The notes: generated by a model from the letters alone, not told the origin. A stretch of DNA of 64,000 nt from an uncultured Bacillota bacterium (GCA_947644695.1 CANSAJ010000001.1:17348-81347), one strand, 5' to 3'; shown: positions 28,116 through 37,514, counted from the stretch's first letter. Translations and numbers: made by a program.

Positions 28116-30155
28116 TTAATTTTCAGCATTACTACAAGCTGTACTCAATGTATCTACTGTGTATGGATTATCGCTAGTTCCATCTCCACTTTTCCACATT
28201 ACGCATGATTTTAGGGATAAGACTGGGCGAACTGCAAAAGATTCATATCTACGATTCCAACCTAAATTACCAAACTTATAGGAATTTGTTACACAAAAGA
28301 CCATTGAATAATAAGCATCAATAACATCTCTCCAGAAAAAATCATATGGAGTCATTGTCCACCAATTGCTAGAACCAGTTACAGACGTTCCTTTTGCATT
28401 TAAATAGAAATAGGATTTTGAATTTTCATTAAGCTTACCCCCAGCAAAAGCTACTTCATCTGCTGTCATCAAAGCTACTGGCATATCCTTTAATGCTCCA
28501 TTTCCTGTGCTTGTACTTCCAGTAAACTTATCTGCTATATCTGCTCCATTTGTTCCTGTATACAAACTTCCACTTGCATTATTTCCACATTTATATGATG
28601 GAGAATTAGACTCTAATCTATATCTTGCTACAAAATCGAATGTTGCTGAGGTACTATATCCTGAATTTGCTCGATCATTACAATAGATTGCTGTTCTACT
28701 CACATATTCATTATAACTTTTTTTTATTGTTTTATTATACCATATGTCTATTACTTCCTTAATTGTAGATTTTGTGGTGTTATTTCTATTATTTGCTAAA
28801 TTTCCTGCAGTTCCATACATGTATCCTACATATATAGGATTAGGACCATCATAAACAGATGATATTTTATTATATACACTATATTCTATATATCCGACTT
28901 CTGTATTCACATCTGAACCTACATATAATAAACGTACACTTCCATCTTCATTTATACGAATTATTCTCCAATATAGTCCTGCAAAATATACCCAGTTATC
29001 TAATGCATTACCTGAAAAGTAGTATACTGTTTTTCCGCCTTCAGTCCATTTTCCACTTACTGTATATAATGTCTTTGTATTATTATCTTGAAATACTCCA
29101 CTATTTAAATTTGGTCTTGCTCCTGGTCTTGTTGTGTGATCTGCTAGGATTTGATCCTTTAATAAAGGTATCTTTTTCAATATTACTGTACAAATTTGAG
29201 ATGTTCTAATATTCCCAATTGATAGCGTTCCGCCATTTAGACTATGACTAGCTCCTCCTGTACATGTAACAGTTGGATTATTTAAGGTATAACCTGTACT
29301 AGCTGTTATTGTGAATTCTCCTGATTCACCATGGGCTACCATTACATTACTTGGCTTGATTGTTCCTCCTGTTATATTCATAGTTAAGTTATAATTTAGC
29401 TTCTCTGTAGTTATTCTACATGTCTGTGATGACGTTATCTTACTTATTGTTACTTTCTCTCCCTCTATACTTCCTACTGCTCCTTCATCACATACTATTT
29501 CATTATCTTTTAATCTATATCCTTTATCGAGCTTATATGTATATGTTAATGTTCCATTCTTTATCGTTTCCTGGGGATTTAGACTTGTTATAGTACCATT
29601 CTCCATCTCTAGTGTTACTTTATACTTTATATTAGGATTTATTGTACCTTCTGTAATATATAGTGTTCCATTAAACTCTTTTCCCATATCTATACTTTGA
29701 TCTTCTGGTGAATCTTTATATATAAATTCTATTGTATACTCATGAATATCTTTTGGATTTATATCTATATCATATGCTAGTATTATATCTTCTGGTGTAC
29801 TACTCTTTGGTATATCTGAGTATTCTGTCATATTATATCCATTACTTGAGGTTATCTTATATTGCAAATACCCTTCTGTTACAAATGTATTAATTAAATC
29901 TTTAAATATTATATTATAATTAAATACTTCATCACTTTCATTTTTTACACTAAATGTTTTTGTCTCTTTCCATCCTGGTATTATCTCACTACTTGATAGT
30001 TCATTATTATCTGTAAAGAGTATCCTTATATCTCTTGATGATATAGTTATATCTTTTTTATTTCCTCCTACTGTTCCACTAAAGTATGCATAGCTCATTC
30101 CTACACATAATAATAATGTCATTACTATTCCATATACTACAAACTTCTTATTCAT
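28116..30155 (-). CDS. Large secreted protein with SipW-cognate-type signal peptide, TasA/camelysin-like N-terminal domain, Cys-containing Ig-like repeats and an uncharacterised Trp/Cys-rich C-terminal domain
   Basis: The N-terminus ...LLCVGMSYAYFSG resembles the TasA/CalY signal class (..GTxAxFSD). IIPGWKETKTFSVKNESDEVF parallels TasA LKPGDKLTKDFQFENNGSL. There are two ~50-aa repeats with conserved Cys pairs (...SSQTCRIT.. / ..TSQICTV..). SD AGGAGAG precedes the ATG. Confidence 0.5.
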   Translation of the reverse strand: MNKKFVVYGIVMTLLLCVGMSYAYFSGTVGGNKKDITISSRDIRILFTDNNELSSSEIIPGWKETKTFSVKNESDEVFNYNIIFKDLINTFVTEGYLQYKITSSNGYNMTEYSDIPKSSTPEDIILAYDIDINPKDIHEYTIEFIYKDSPEDQSIDMGKEFNGTLYITEGTINPNIKYKVTLEMENGTITSLNPQETIKNGTLTYTYKLDKGYRLKDNEIVCDEGAVGSIEGEKVTISKITSSQTCRITTEKLNYNLTMNITGGTIKPSNVMVAHGESGEFTITASTGYTLNNPTVTCTGGASHSLNGGTLSIGNIRTSQICTVILKKIPLLKDQILADHTTRPGARPNLNSGVFQDNNTKTLYTVSGKWTEGGKTVYYFSGNALDNWVYFAGLYWRIIRINEDGSVRLLYVGSDVNTEVGYIEYSVYNKISSVYDGPNPIYVGYMYGTAGNLANNRNNTTKSTIKEVIDIWYNKTIKKSYNEYVSRTAIYCNDRANSGYSTSATFDFVARYRLESNSPSYKCGNNASGSLYTGTNGADIADKFTGSTSTGNGALKDMPVALMTADEVAFAGGKLNENSKSYFYLNAKGTSVTGSSNWWTMTPYDFFWRDVIDAYYSMVFCVTNSYKFGNLGWNRRYESFAVRPVLSLKSCVMWKSGDGTSDNPYTVDTLSTACSNAEN

Positions 30156-30172
30156 TACTACTCTCCTACTTC

Positions 30173-30239
30173 ATACGTATCTACAATACATATATACGTA
30201 TTTATAATACAATAATATATACGTAGCGTCAATACGTAT
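30173..30239. promoter_or_regulatory. Cluster of four ATACGTA(T) palindromic motifs (putative operator sites) in the divergent intergenic region
   Basis: ATACGTAT at 30173, 30194 and 30232, and ATACGTAG at 30219. The ACGT core is otherwise rare in this AT-rich DNA. The region separates the XRE regulator gene from the TasA-like gene. Confidence 0.35.
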
Positions 30240-30288
30240 TTTGAAAATTATAATAGTAATTTTGTTAATGTATATTTAGGTGATTTAA

Positions 30289-30501
30289 ATGGAAATAAAG
30301 GTTAAAGAATATAAAGCTAATGAGATTTTAAAATTTATTAGACAGAGTACAGGGCTTACTCAAAAAGAGTTTGCTAAAAGAATTAATAAATCAGAAGCTT
30401 GGCAACAATCTAATGAGCTTGGTAGAACAAATTATTATTTTAAAGATTTAATTGAAATAGCGAAGTTATTTGATATTGAGATTATAATTAAGGGAAAATA
30501 A
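30289..30501 (+). CDS. XRE-family (Cro/CI-type) helix-turn-helix transcriptional regulator, 70 aa
   Basis: LKFIRQSTGLTQKEFAKRINKS is a classic HTH_3. It is divergent from the TasA-like gene, a SinR-tapA-like arrangement. SD TAGGTGA. Confidence 0.8.
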   Translation: MEIKVKEYKANEILKFIRQSTGLTQKEFAKRINKSEAWQQSNELGRTNYYFKDLIEIAKLFDIEIIIKGK

Positions 30502-30520
30502 AAACACTTTAAAGTGTTTT
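30501..30520. terminator. Perfect 20-nt palindrome (AAAACACTTTAAAGTGTTTT) between convergent XRE gene and ruvB; bidirectional terminator
   Basis: It overlaps both stop codons and is followed by a T-run. Confidence 0.45.
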
Positions 30521-31509
30521 TATTTTTCAATTCCTAAGTATTCATAAGTTTTATCTGTTACTTGTCTTCCTCTTATTGTTCTTTTTATAAATCCCTCTTG
30601 TAGTAAGAAAGGTTCTATAACATCTTCTATAGTTGTTTGTTCTTCTCCGATTGATGCTGCGATACTTTCTATTCCTACAGGTCCTCCATTGAATTTATTT
30701 ATTAAACTGTTTAAATATTCTATATCGGTATTGTCTAAACCATATTCATCAACATGTAATCTTTTTAAACTGTTATTAGTTATTTCTTTATCAATTATTC
30801 CATTACCATTAACTAGTGCGAAGTCGCTTACTCGTTTAAGAAGTCTATTGGCTATTCTTGGTGTTTTTCTACTTCTTCTTGCAATTATTTGTGCTGCATC
30901 GTGTTCAATAGTTAATTCTAATACTCTGGCACTTCTTTCTACAATTTGTGTTAATTCTTCATTTGTATAATAGTTTAATTTGCAAGTAATACCAAATCTA
31001 TCTCTTAAAGGACTAGATAAGTCTCCAGCTCGTGTAGTAGCCCCGACTAATGTAAATGGTGGTAAATCTATTTTTATGCTTCTGCTTTGTCCATCAGACC
31101 CTATAATTATATCTAATTTAAAATCTTCCATTGCACTGTAGAGAATTTCTTCTATGTATTTTGGTATTCTGTGTATTTCATCTATAAATAGAACATCATA
31201 AGGTTCTAATGTACTTAATATTGCAGCTAAGTCTCCACTTTTTTCAATTGTTGGTCCACTTGCTGTTTTTATATTTACTTCAAGTTCGTTTGCAATTATA
31301 TGAGATAATGTTGTTTTTCCTAATCCTGGGGGACCATATAGTAATACGTGGTCTAATGATTTACTTCTCATCTTTGCTGCGCTGACAAATACTTTAATGT
31401 TTTCTTTTACATCTGTTTGACCAATGTATTCATCAAATGATAATGGTCTTATTGTTTTTTCAAATGAATCCGATTCTTGGTATTCTCCTCTTATTATTTT
31501 TTCGTCCAT
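30520..31509 (-). CDS. ruvB: Holliday junction branch-migration ATPase RuvB
   Basis: Walker [10 protein letters not shown], Walker B LFIDEIHR, sensor motifs. 329 aa. Confidence 0.95.
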   Translation of the reverse strand: MDEKIIRGEYQESDSFEKTIRPLSFDEYIGQTDVKENIKVFVSAAKMRSKSLDHVLLYGPPGLGKTTLSHIIANELEVNIKTASGPTIEKSGDLAAILSTLEPYDVLFIDEIHRIPKYIEEILYSAMEDFKLDIIIGSDGQSRSIKIDLPPFTLVGATTRAGDLSSPLRDRFGITCKLNYYTNEELTQIVERSARVLELTIEHDAAQIIARRSRKTPRIANRLLKRVSDFALVNGNGIIDKEITNNSLKRLHVDEYGLDNTDIEYLNSLINKFNGGPVGIESIAASIGEEQTTIEDVIEPFLLQEGFIKRTIRGRQVTDKTYEYLGIEK

Positions 31510-31518
31510 TTATGTCTC

Positions 31519-32067
31519 CTATCTTATTAGTAATTTTAATGCTTCTTTTATTTGATCTTCTATAGGAAGTGAATTATTTACTTCTGGTAATATTTTCTTT
31601 ATGTCTGGTTTTTTATATCCTAAGCTTTCTAATACTTGAACAAGTTCTTCATTTATTATAGGTCCACTTTGTTTAGCAACTAATTTTCCTTTTAAGTCTA
31701 GTATGATTTGTCTTGCTAGTTTTTCTCCAACTTTTGGGAATTTTTGTAGATATAAAATATTTTCTCTATCTATAGCATCTGCAATTCCTTCAACACTTCC
31801 AGTAGCTAAAATCGGAAGTGCAACTTTAGGTCCTAGTCCTTTAACATTTAATAATTTTAAGAATAATTCTCTTTCTTCATTTGTTTTAAAACCATATAAA
31901 GAATATTCATCTTCTCTTATGTGATTATATAAGTATACTTTTTCTATTTCTGACTTTTTAAATACATATGGATTTGGTGTAAATACTTTAAATCCAATTC
32001 CATTAGTACTTATTATTATATGATCACTAACAATGCTTTCTATTTTTCCTTCTATAAAATCTATCAT
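31519..32067 (-). CDS. ruvA: Holliday junction DNA helicase RuvA
   Basis: N-terminal OB fold, central HhH pair (GLGPKVALPIL; KFPKVGEKLARQI), C-terminal domain III. 182 aa. Confidence 0.9.
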   Translation of the reverse strand: MIDFIEGKIESIVSDHIIISTNGIGFKVFTPNPYVFKKSEIEKVYLYNHIREDEYSLYGFKTNEERELFLKLLNVKGLGPKVALPILATGSVEGIADAIDRENILYLQKFPKVGEKLARQIILDLKGKLVAKQSGPIINEELVQVLESLGYKKPDIKKILPEVNNSLPIEDQIKEALKLLIR

Positions 32068-32166
32068 CTACTTCACCTATTTTTATTTTATAATATAAAT
32101 TAATACAAAACAAGTGTTTTGTTGAAAAGTTGTTACTAAAATAGTATAATTACTTGTAGGTGAATT

Positions 32167-32370
32167 ATGAAGAAAAATTTAAAAAGAACATTAAGTATTA
32201 TTTTGTCATTATGTTTAGTATTATCTTTTTACCAAAGTGAAATCCTTGCTAAAGAACCAGAGACATTAGAAGATTATAAATTAGAGTATTGTGGTAAAGA
32301 ATATCCAGAAGATGACAAATTACAAAAAAATAAGAATAGAATTTATTCTAGAAGAAAAAGATTGTGTTAG
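32167..32370 (+). CDS. Small secreted peptide (67 aa precursor; signal peptide plus ~40-aa charged mature part with two Cys)
   Basis: MKKNLKRTLSIILSLCLVLSFYQSEILA signal. The mature part is EPETLEDYKLEYCGKEYPEDDKLQKNKNRIYSRRKRLC. A short hairpin AGATTG-7nt-CAATCT plus T-run lies at the 3' end. Confidence 0.4.
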   Translation: MKKNLKRTLSIILSLCLVLSFYQSEILAKEPETLEDYKLEYCGKEYPEDDKLQKNKNRIYSRRKRLC

Positions 32371-32380
32371 GCAATCTTTT

Positions 32381-32827
32381 TTATATTTCTTTACTATCTA
32401 AAATTATTGTTACTGGACCATCATTATATATTTCAAGTTTCATATCACTTCCAAAAATACCAGTTTCAGTTTTGATGTTTAATTCTTTTAATCTTTTATT
32501 CATGTAATCATAAAGATTTGATGCATCTCTTGGATTTAAAGCATCTTTAAAACTTGGTCGTCTTCCATTTTGACAATTTGCATATAAAGTGAATTGACTT
32601 ATATTTAGTATACTTCCATTAATATCTATAAGACTTAAGTTCATTTTTTCATTTTCATCTTCAAATATTCTTAGGTTTATAATTTTATCTATCATTTTAT
32701 TTACAGTATTCTCTGTATCTCCATCAGTAAAACTTGATAAAAGTACTAATCCACTATCTATACTACCATGGATAGTTCCATTTATTGTAACTTTACTTTT
32801 TTTGCTTCTTTGTAATACTACTTTCAT
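32381..32827 (-). CDS. dtd: D-aminoacyl-tRNA deacylase
   Basis: MKVVLQRS..., SQFTLYA and NDGPVT motifs. 148 aa. Immediately downstream of rel as in Bacillus. Confidence 0.9.
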   Translation of the reverse strand: MKVVLQRSKKSKVTINGTIHGSIDSGLVLLSSFTDGDTENTVNKMIDKIINLRIFEDENEKMNLSLIDINGSILNISQFTLYANCQNGRRPSFKDALNPRDASNLYDYMNKRLKELNIKTETGIFGSDMKLEIYNDGPVTIILDSKEI

Positions 32828-32831
32828 TTAT

Positions 32832-34961
32832 TTACCTTTCTACTTTATTTATAAAGTTTAGTGTTTCTAATTCATTTATAAATTGATTAAGATTTTCTAT
32901 ATTTTTAACTTTACAAATTAAATTATATACTTCTTCATTTTTTATTATTCCTTTATTTTCTATTGATGTAACTGTAATATTTAATTTTGTTGCTAGAGTT
33001 ATTATATTTATCAAATTGTCGTTTGAAGAGTCTATGTATATCATAATAGAAGTTGTATATTTGTCCATTATTTTATCATTCCATTCAGCTTCTATTATTC
33101 TTTCATTTGATAGATCAACATTTTTACAAGTTTTTCTATGAATTTTTACTCCATTGCCTTTTGAAATAAATCCTACTATGTCATCACCTAAGACTGGATT
33201 ACAACAAGTTGCTAGAGATGTCAATATATCTCCAAAACCTGCGATTAGAACTTTCCCTTTTTCTGTTTGTTTTATTATGTTCGAGTTTGCTAATAATTTA
33301 TCAATAGTATCATCTTTTTTAGGCATGATTATTTCTAGAATTTTATTAATTATTGTATGAGGTGTATATTTAAGTGTTGCGATTCCAATATGTACATCGT
33401 CTAAATTTTCAGTTTTTGTATATTCTAGAATGCATGATATGGTATCATTAGTGAAAATTTCTTTTTCATTTAATTTTCTCTTCTTTAATTCTTCATTAAG
33501 CAGTTCTTTTCCAGTTTCTATTAATTTACTTTTTTCTTTTTTATGAAAATAAGATTTTATTCTACTTTTTGCTCCATCTGTCTTTACAAATTTTAGCCAA
33601 GATTTATTTGGACTTTTTCCTTTTTGAGTTTTTAAATCAACTATATCTCCATCTTGAAGTTTGTAGTTTAAACTCACTGATTTTCCATTTACTAAAGCAC
33701 AGTCACAAGTGTTTCCTACTTCTGAATGAATTTTATAAGCAAAGTCTACAGGTGTGCTATCTATTGGAAGTTCTAATATATCTCCTTTAGGTGTAAAAAC
33801 ATAAATTTGTTCTTTATTTAAATGAGAGTTTAAATCTTTAAAGAAATCTATATTTCCTTCCATATCATTAACTTCAATAAGTGTTCTAAAAGCAGCGAGT
33901 TTATTCTCTAATTCGTTTGTTTTAGAACCATCTATTTTTTCTTTATAGCTCCAGTGGGATGCTACTCCATGTTCTGCAATTTCATTCATTTCATGAGTTC
34001 TTATTTGTACTTCATATATACGTTCATCTACTCCAAATACGGAAGTATGTAGACTTTGATACATATTATTTTTTGGGTTTGCTATGTAATCTTTAAATCT
34101 TTTAGGTATAGGTCTATATTTTGAATGTATTAATCCAACTGCTAAGTAACATTCTTCAACTGTATTAACTAAAAGTCTTAATCCTAGTAAGTCATAAATT
34201 TCTTCCCATTTTTTACCTTTTTTAAGTTTATTATAAATTCCACGTACACTTTTGACTCTATATAAGATTTCAAATTCAATGTTGTGTTCATTTAATATCT
34301 TTATTATTTCGTCTCTCATCTTATGAAGAGAAGAAGTTAATTCTTCTTCGTTTGCACTTATTTTATCCAGTACTTCTTGATAAAGATCTGGGTTTGCTTG
34401 TTTCAAACATAAGTCTTCAAGTTCACTTTTCATCGTCTTAATTCCTAATCTATGAGCGATTGGAATATATACTTTTTCTGTTTCTGATATGATTTCCATC
34501 ACGTGTTTTTTATCATGCTTGTTTACTGTTTTTAAATTATCTAATCTATCAGCAAGTTTGATGAATAAGCTTATTGGATTCTCTGCTAGACCAACTACTA
34601 TTCTTCTGTGTTTTTCTGTATCATTTTCTTTTATTATTTCATTTTTTAAATGGCTTAATCTGCTTATAGAATTAAGGATAATAGCAGTCTCTTCACCAAA
34701 TTCTTGCTCTAATTCTTCATAAGAAATTTTATCCAAAGTTATAGCTTCATGTATTAGAGCACAACCTATTGTTGTGGAGTTCATTTGTAAATCAGCGAGT
34801 ATTTTTGCTACTCTTAAGCTGTGTATTATGTAGTCTTCGCCAGTATCTCTTTTCATACCTTCATAAATTAATTCTGCTTTTTTATAATATTTATTTATAA
34901 GCTTTAATTTATCTTCTGGAAGATATGTTTTTAGTGTGTTTTTTAACTCGCTATATGTCAT
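32832..34961 (-). CDS. relA: RelA/SpoT-homolog (p)ppGpp synthetase with intact synthetase motifs and degenerate HD-hydrolase motifs
   Basis: The synthetase core is intact (DLLGLRLLV, MYQSLHT, EVQIRTHEMNEIAEHGVASHWSYKE). It has TGS and ACT regions. In the hydrolase, the HDxxED motif reads HEAITL, and ADRLHNMRT reads ADRLDNLKT. Confidence 0.9.
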   Translation of the reverse strand: MTYSELKNTLKTYLPEDKLKLINKYYKKAELIYEGMKRDTGEDYIIHSLRVAKILADLQMNSTTIGCALIHEAITLDKISYEELEQEFGEETAIILNSISRLSHLKNEIIKENDTEKHRRIVVGLAENPISLFIKLADRLDNLKTVNKHDKKHVMEIISETEKVYIPIAHRLGIKTMKSELEDLCLKQANPDLYQEVLDKISANEEELTSSLHKMRDEIIKILNEHNIEFEILYRVKSVRGIYNKLKKGKKWEEIYDLLGLRLLVNTVEECYLAVGLIHSKYRPIPKRFKDYIANPKNNMYQSLHTSVFGVDERIYEVQIRTHEMNEIAEHGVASHWSYKEKIDGSKTNELENKLAAFRTLIEVNDMEGNIDFFKDLNSHLNKEQIYVFTPKGDILELPIDSTPVDFAYKIHSEVGNTCDCALVNGKSVSLNYKLQDGDIVDLKTQKGKSPNKSWLKFVKTDGAKSRIKSYFHKKEKSKLIETGKELLNEELKKRKLNEKEIFTNDTISCILEYTKTENLDDVHIGIATLKYTPHTIINKILEIIMPKKDDTIDKLLANSNIIKQTEKGKVLIAGFGDILTSLATCCNPVLGDDIVGFISKGNGVKIHRKTCKNVDLSNERIIEAEWNDKIMDKYTTSIMIYIDSSNDNLINIITLATKLNITVTSIENKGIIKNEEVYNLICKVKNIENLNQFINELETLNFINKVER

Positions 34962-34972
34962 TGTTTCTCCTT

Positions 34973-37165
34973 TTATGAATTTATTCCTTTTATTAATCTT
35001 TCTTTTATTTCCTTTTCTTCATTGTCTTCTTTTTTAGTTTTTTTTAAATTCTTTATTTCTAGTTTTAGCCATATGTAAGGGGCTATAAGTAATGAACTAA
35101 ATGTTCCTGCTGTTAGTCCAATTAAGACAGTGATATTAAATTCTTTTACTCCGCTTGTATTCATTAGTAATAAGACTATTACTGCTGTTAATGTTGTTAT
35201 AGAAGTTACCATATTTCTTCTAAGGGATAAACTAATGCTTTCGTTTACTAACTTAGTTAATGATTCAGGAGTTTTGTTTTTTTCTAAGTTATATTTATCT
35301 CTTATCATATCGAATACTACAATTGTATCATTTATTGAATAACCTATAATGGTTAGAATACCTGCTATGAATATGAAGTTTATTTCAAATCTAAGTGTTG
35401 CAAATATTGCAATAGTTACTAAAACGTCTGTTAATATAGCTATTATACTTGATATAGCAAATCTGCTTGTAAATCTAATAGCAATATAAATTAGTATAGC
35501 TATGCTAGCAATTATTAGAGATTTTATAGCATTTTTAGTTAAATCTTTTTTTACGATATTACTTATTACTGAAATATCTGACTTATAATTTATTTCATCA
35601 AATTCTTTTTTTAGAGATTTTATTTCTGTTTCTGTTAAAGTATCTTTAATTCTAATATTATATTCATGATCATCTATTTTGTTTATTTCTTCTACTTTAT
35701 AATCGTTAAGTTTTTCTTTTATTAGTTTTTCTTCTATTGCTTTTTCGTTTTTTAGCGAAATTGAACTTCCTCCTTTAAAGTCAATTCCTAGGTTTAATCC
35801 TTTTATAAAAATAAATATAGTTCCAACAATAATAATTAAGCTTACAGTTGTTATGTTAATTAAAGAAGCCTTTTTATAAGATCTTTCTTTTGATTTTTTG
35901 TAGTTTCCTATAAATAGTTTTTCTTTACCATTAAATATTTTACTTTTTATTAAATTATTCATTATAATTCTGTTAAGTAAAATCATAGAAAATGCTGTTA
36001 CAAGTATAGTAAGCATTAGCATAGTTGCAAATCCTTTTACACTACTTTCTCCAAATATAAATAGTATTAATGCTGCGATGAATGTTGTTATATTGGCATC
36101 TATTAAAGACACTAAACTTCTTTTGTTTCCATCAGTATAAGCTTTTTCTAAAGTTTTTCCATTAGATAATTCTTCTTTTATTTTTTCGAGTGTAATGACA
36201 CTAGAGTCTACAGCCATTCCAATACCTAATATTAAAGCTGCAATTCCAGTTAATGTTAGAACTCCATCTATAGCATTAAATAATATAAATACTAAAAGTG
36301 TATAGAATATTAAGCATACTCCACTTATAACTCCACTTAATCTATAGCAAATTATTATTATTAATATAATTATTATAAATGTTATTATACCTGCAATTCC
36401 GATATTTTTAAGTGTATCGTTTCCAAATGAAGAATCTACAGTTTTAGTGCTAATTTCAGTTAACTTTGTTGGCAGGCTGCCAGAATTTATTAAGTCTACA
36501 AGTTCTTGTGCTTCTTCTTCTGTAAAATTTCCTTCTATAATAACATTATCCATAAATCCTTCTGTTACTGCTGCTGCGCTTATGCATTTTTTAGATCCTT
36601 CACATTCGCCTTCTTTGTAAGTGTCGCCTTCTTGGAAATCTAACCATATAGTTATAATTTTATCTGAGCTTTCGCTTATTTTTTTTGTTACTCTATAAAA
36701 TGTATCATTATCTTTAATACTTAGTGCTACAACTGGTTTGTTAGTAGTTCTATTATAATCTAGTTTAGCTCCTGGAGAGTCTAATACATTTGATGTCATT
36801 AGTTCTTCATTAGATGTATTTCTAAATGTTAGTACAGCTGGAGTACTAAGTCTTTTTCTAGCTTCGCTTTCATTAGTAACTCCTGGTAATTTTACTCTTA
36901 TTTTATCTCCTTCAATTGATATTTCTGGTTCACTTACTCCTAAAGTATCAATTCTATTTCTTATAGCTTTGTAAGTATCTTCGGTATCTTTTGTAGTTAC
37001 TTTTTCTTTTTCATTTAAGTTTTCTACTAAATATAAAACTTCAAATCCACCTTTTAAGTCTAATCCAAAATTAATATTATTTATTATAGGTTTTATTAAT
37101 ATTAAACTTCCTAATATTATTGACACTGTAAGTAGTACACTTGTTAAAATTTTTTTGTTTTTCAT
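34973..37165 (-). CDS. secDF: Protein translocase subunit SecDF (fused)
   Basis: 730 aa, two 6-TM bundles with periplasmic-type domains. Firmicute-type fusion. Confidence 0.93.
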   Translation of the reverse strand: MKNKKILTSVLLTVSIILGSLILIKPIINNINFGLDLKGGFEVLYLVENLNEKEKVTTKDTEDTYKAIRNRIDTLGVSEPEISIEGDKIRVKLPGVTNESEARKRLSTPAVLTFRNTSNEELMTSNVLDSPGAKLDYNRTTNKPVVALSIKDNDTFYRVTKKISESSDKIITIWLDFQEGDTYKEGECEGSKKCISAAAVTEGFMDNVIIEGNFTEEEAQELVDLINSGSLPTKLTEISTKTVDSSFGNDTLKNIGIAGIITFIIIILIIIICYRLSGVISGVCLIFYTLLVFILFNAIDGVLTLTGIAALILGIGMAVDSSVITLEKIKEELSNGKTLEKAYTDGNKRSLVSLIDANITTFIAALILFIFGESSVKGFATMLMLTILVTAFSMILLNRIIMNNLIKSKIFNGKEKLFIGNYKKSKERSYKKASLINITTVSLIIIVGTIFIFIKGLNLGIDFKGGSSISLKNEKAIEEKLIKEKLNDYKVEEINKIDDHEYNIRIKDTLTETEIKSLKKEFDEINYKSDISVISNIVKKDLTKNAIKSLIIASIAILIYIAIRFTSRFAISSIIAILTDVLVTIAIFATLRFEINFIFIAGILTIIGYSINDTIVVFDMIRDKYNLEKNKTPESLTKLVNESISLSLRRNMVTSITTLTAVIVLLLMNTSGVKEFNITVLIGLTAGTFSSLLIAPYIWLKLEIKNLKKTKKEDNEEKEIKERLIKGINS

Positions 37166-37461
37166 AATAATGATCCTTCTTCTTTTAATATTTCTCTGTC
37201 TTGTTTTTCTACTATGTCAAGTACATAGTTTTTAATGGTACTTTTATCTAAATTAAATATGTCGCTTACCATACTTGATATAGATAGACAATTGCTTTTT
37301 TGCCAAACTTGATGGCTTAGGTAATTCCAAATATCAACTTCTTTTACATAGTTAATTGAATTTCTTTTTAATTCTTGAACTTTTGAATATAAAGCTGGTT
37401 CAATTCTATTATATAATTCATCAAGACTACTAAACTCTAAATTTGACACATTAATCACCAA
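37162..37461 (-). CDS. Small cytoplasmic protein, possibly ComN/YrzD-like post-transcriptional regulator
   Basis: 99 aa directly upstream of secDF with a 4-nt overlap. In Bacillus, comN (yrzD) occupies this position. No strong motif. Confidence 0.35.
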   Translation of the reverse strand: MVINVSNLEFSSLDELYNRIEPALYSKVQELKRNSINYVKEVDIWNYLSHQVWQKSNCLSISSMVSDIFNLDKSTIKNYVLDIVEKQDREILKEEGSLL

Positions 37462-37492
37462 GTATAAGTATACTACATTTTAGGCAATTTGA

Positions 37493-37514
37493 AAAGGAGA
37501 AACAAGTCTCCTTT
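37493..37514 (-). terminator. Hairpin (AAAGGAGA-6nt-TCTCCTTT) downstream of comEC
   Basis: 8-bp stem with a T/A-rich flank, 64 nt after the comEC stop. Confidence 0.35.

Noticed and set aside
26420-30501. Island 26.4-30.5 kb as a prophage or mobile element
   Set aside because: There is no integrase, transposase, recombinase, terminal repeat or tRNA target. The composition is not sharply different from the host. It is treated as a chromosomal accessory island.
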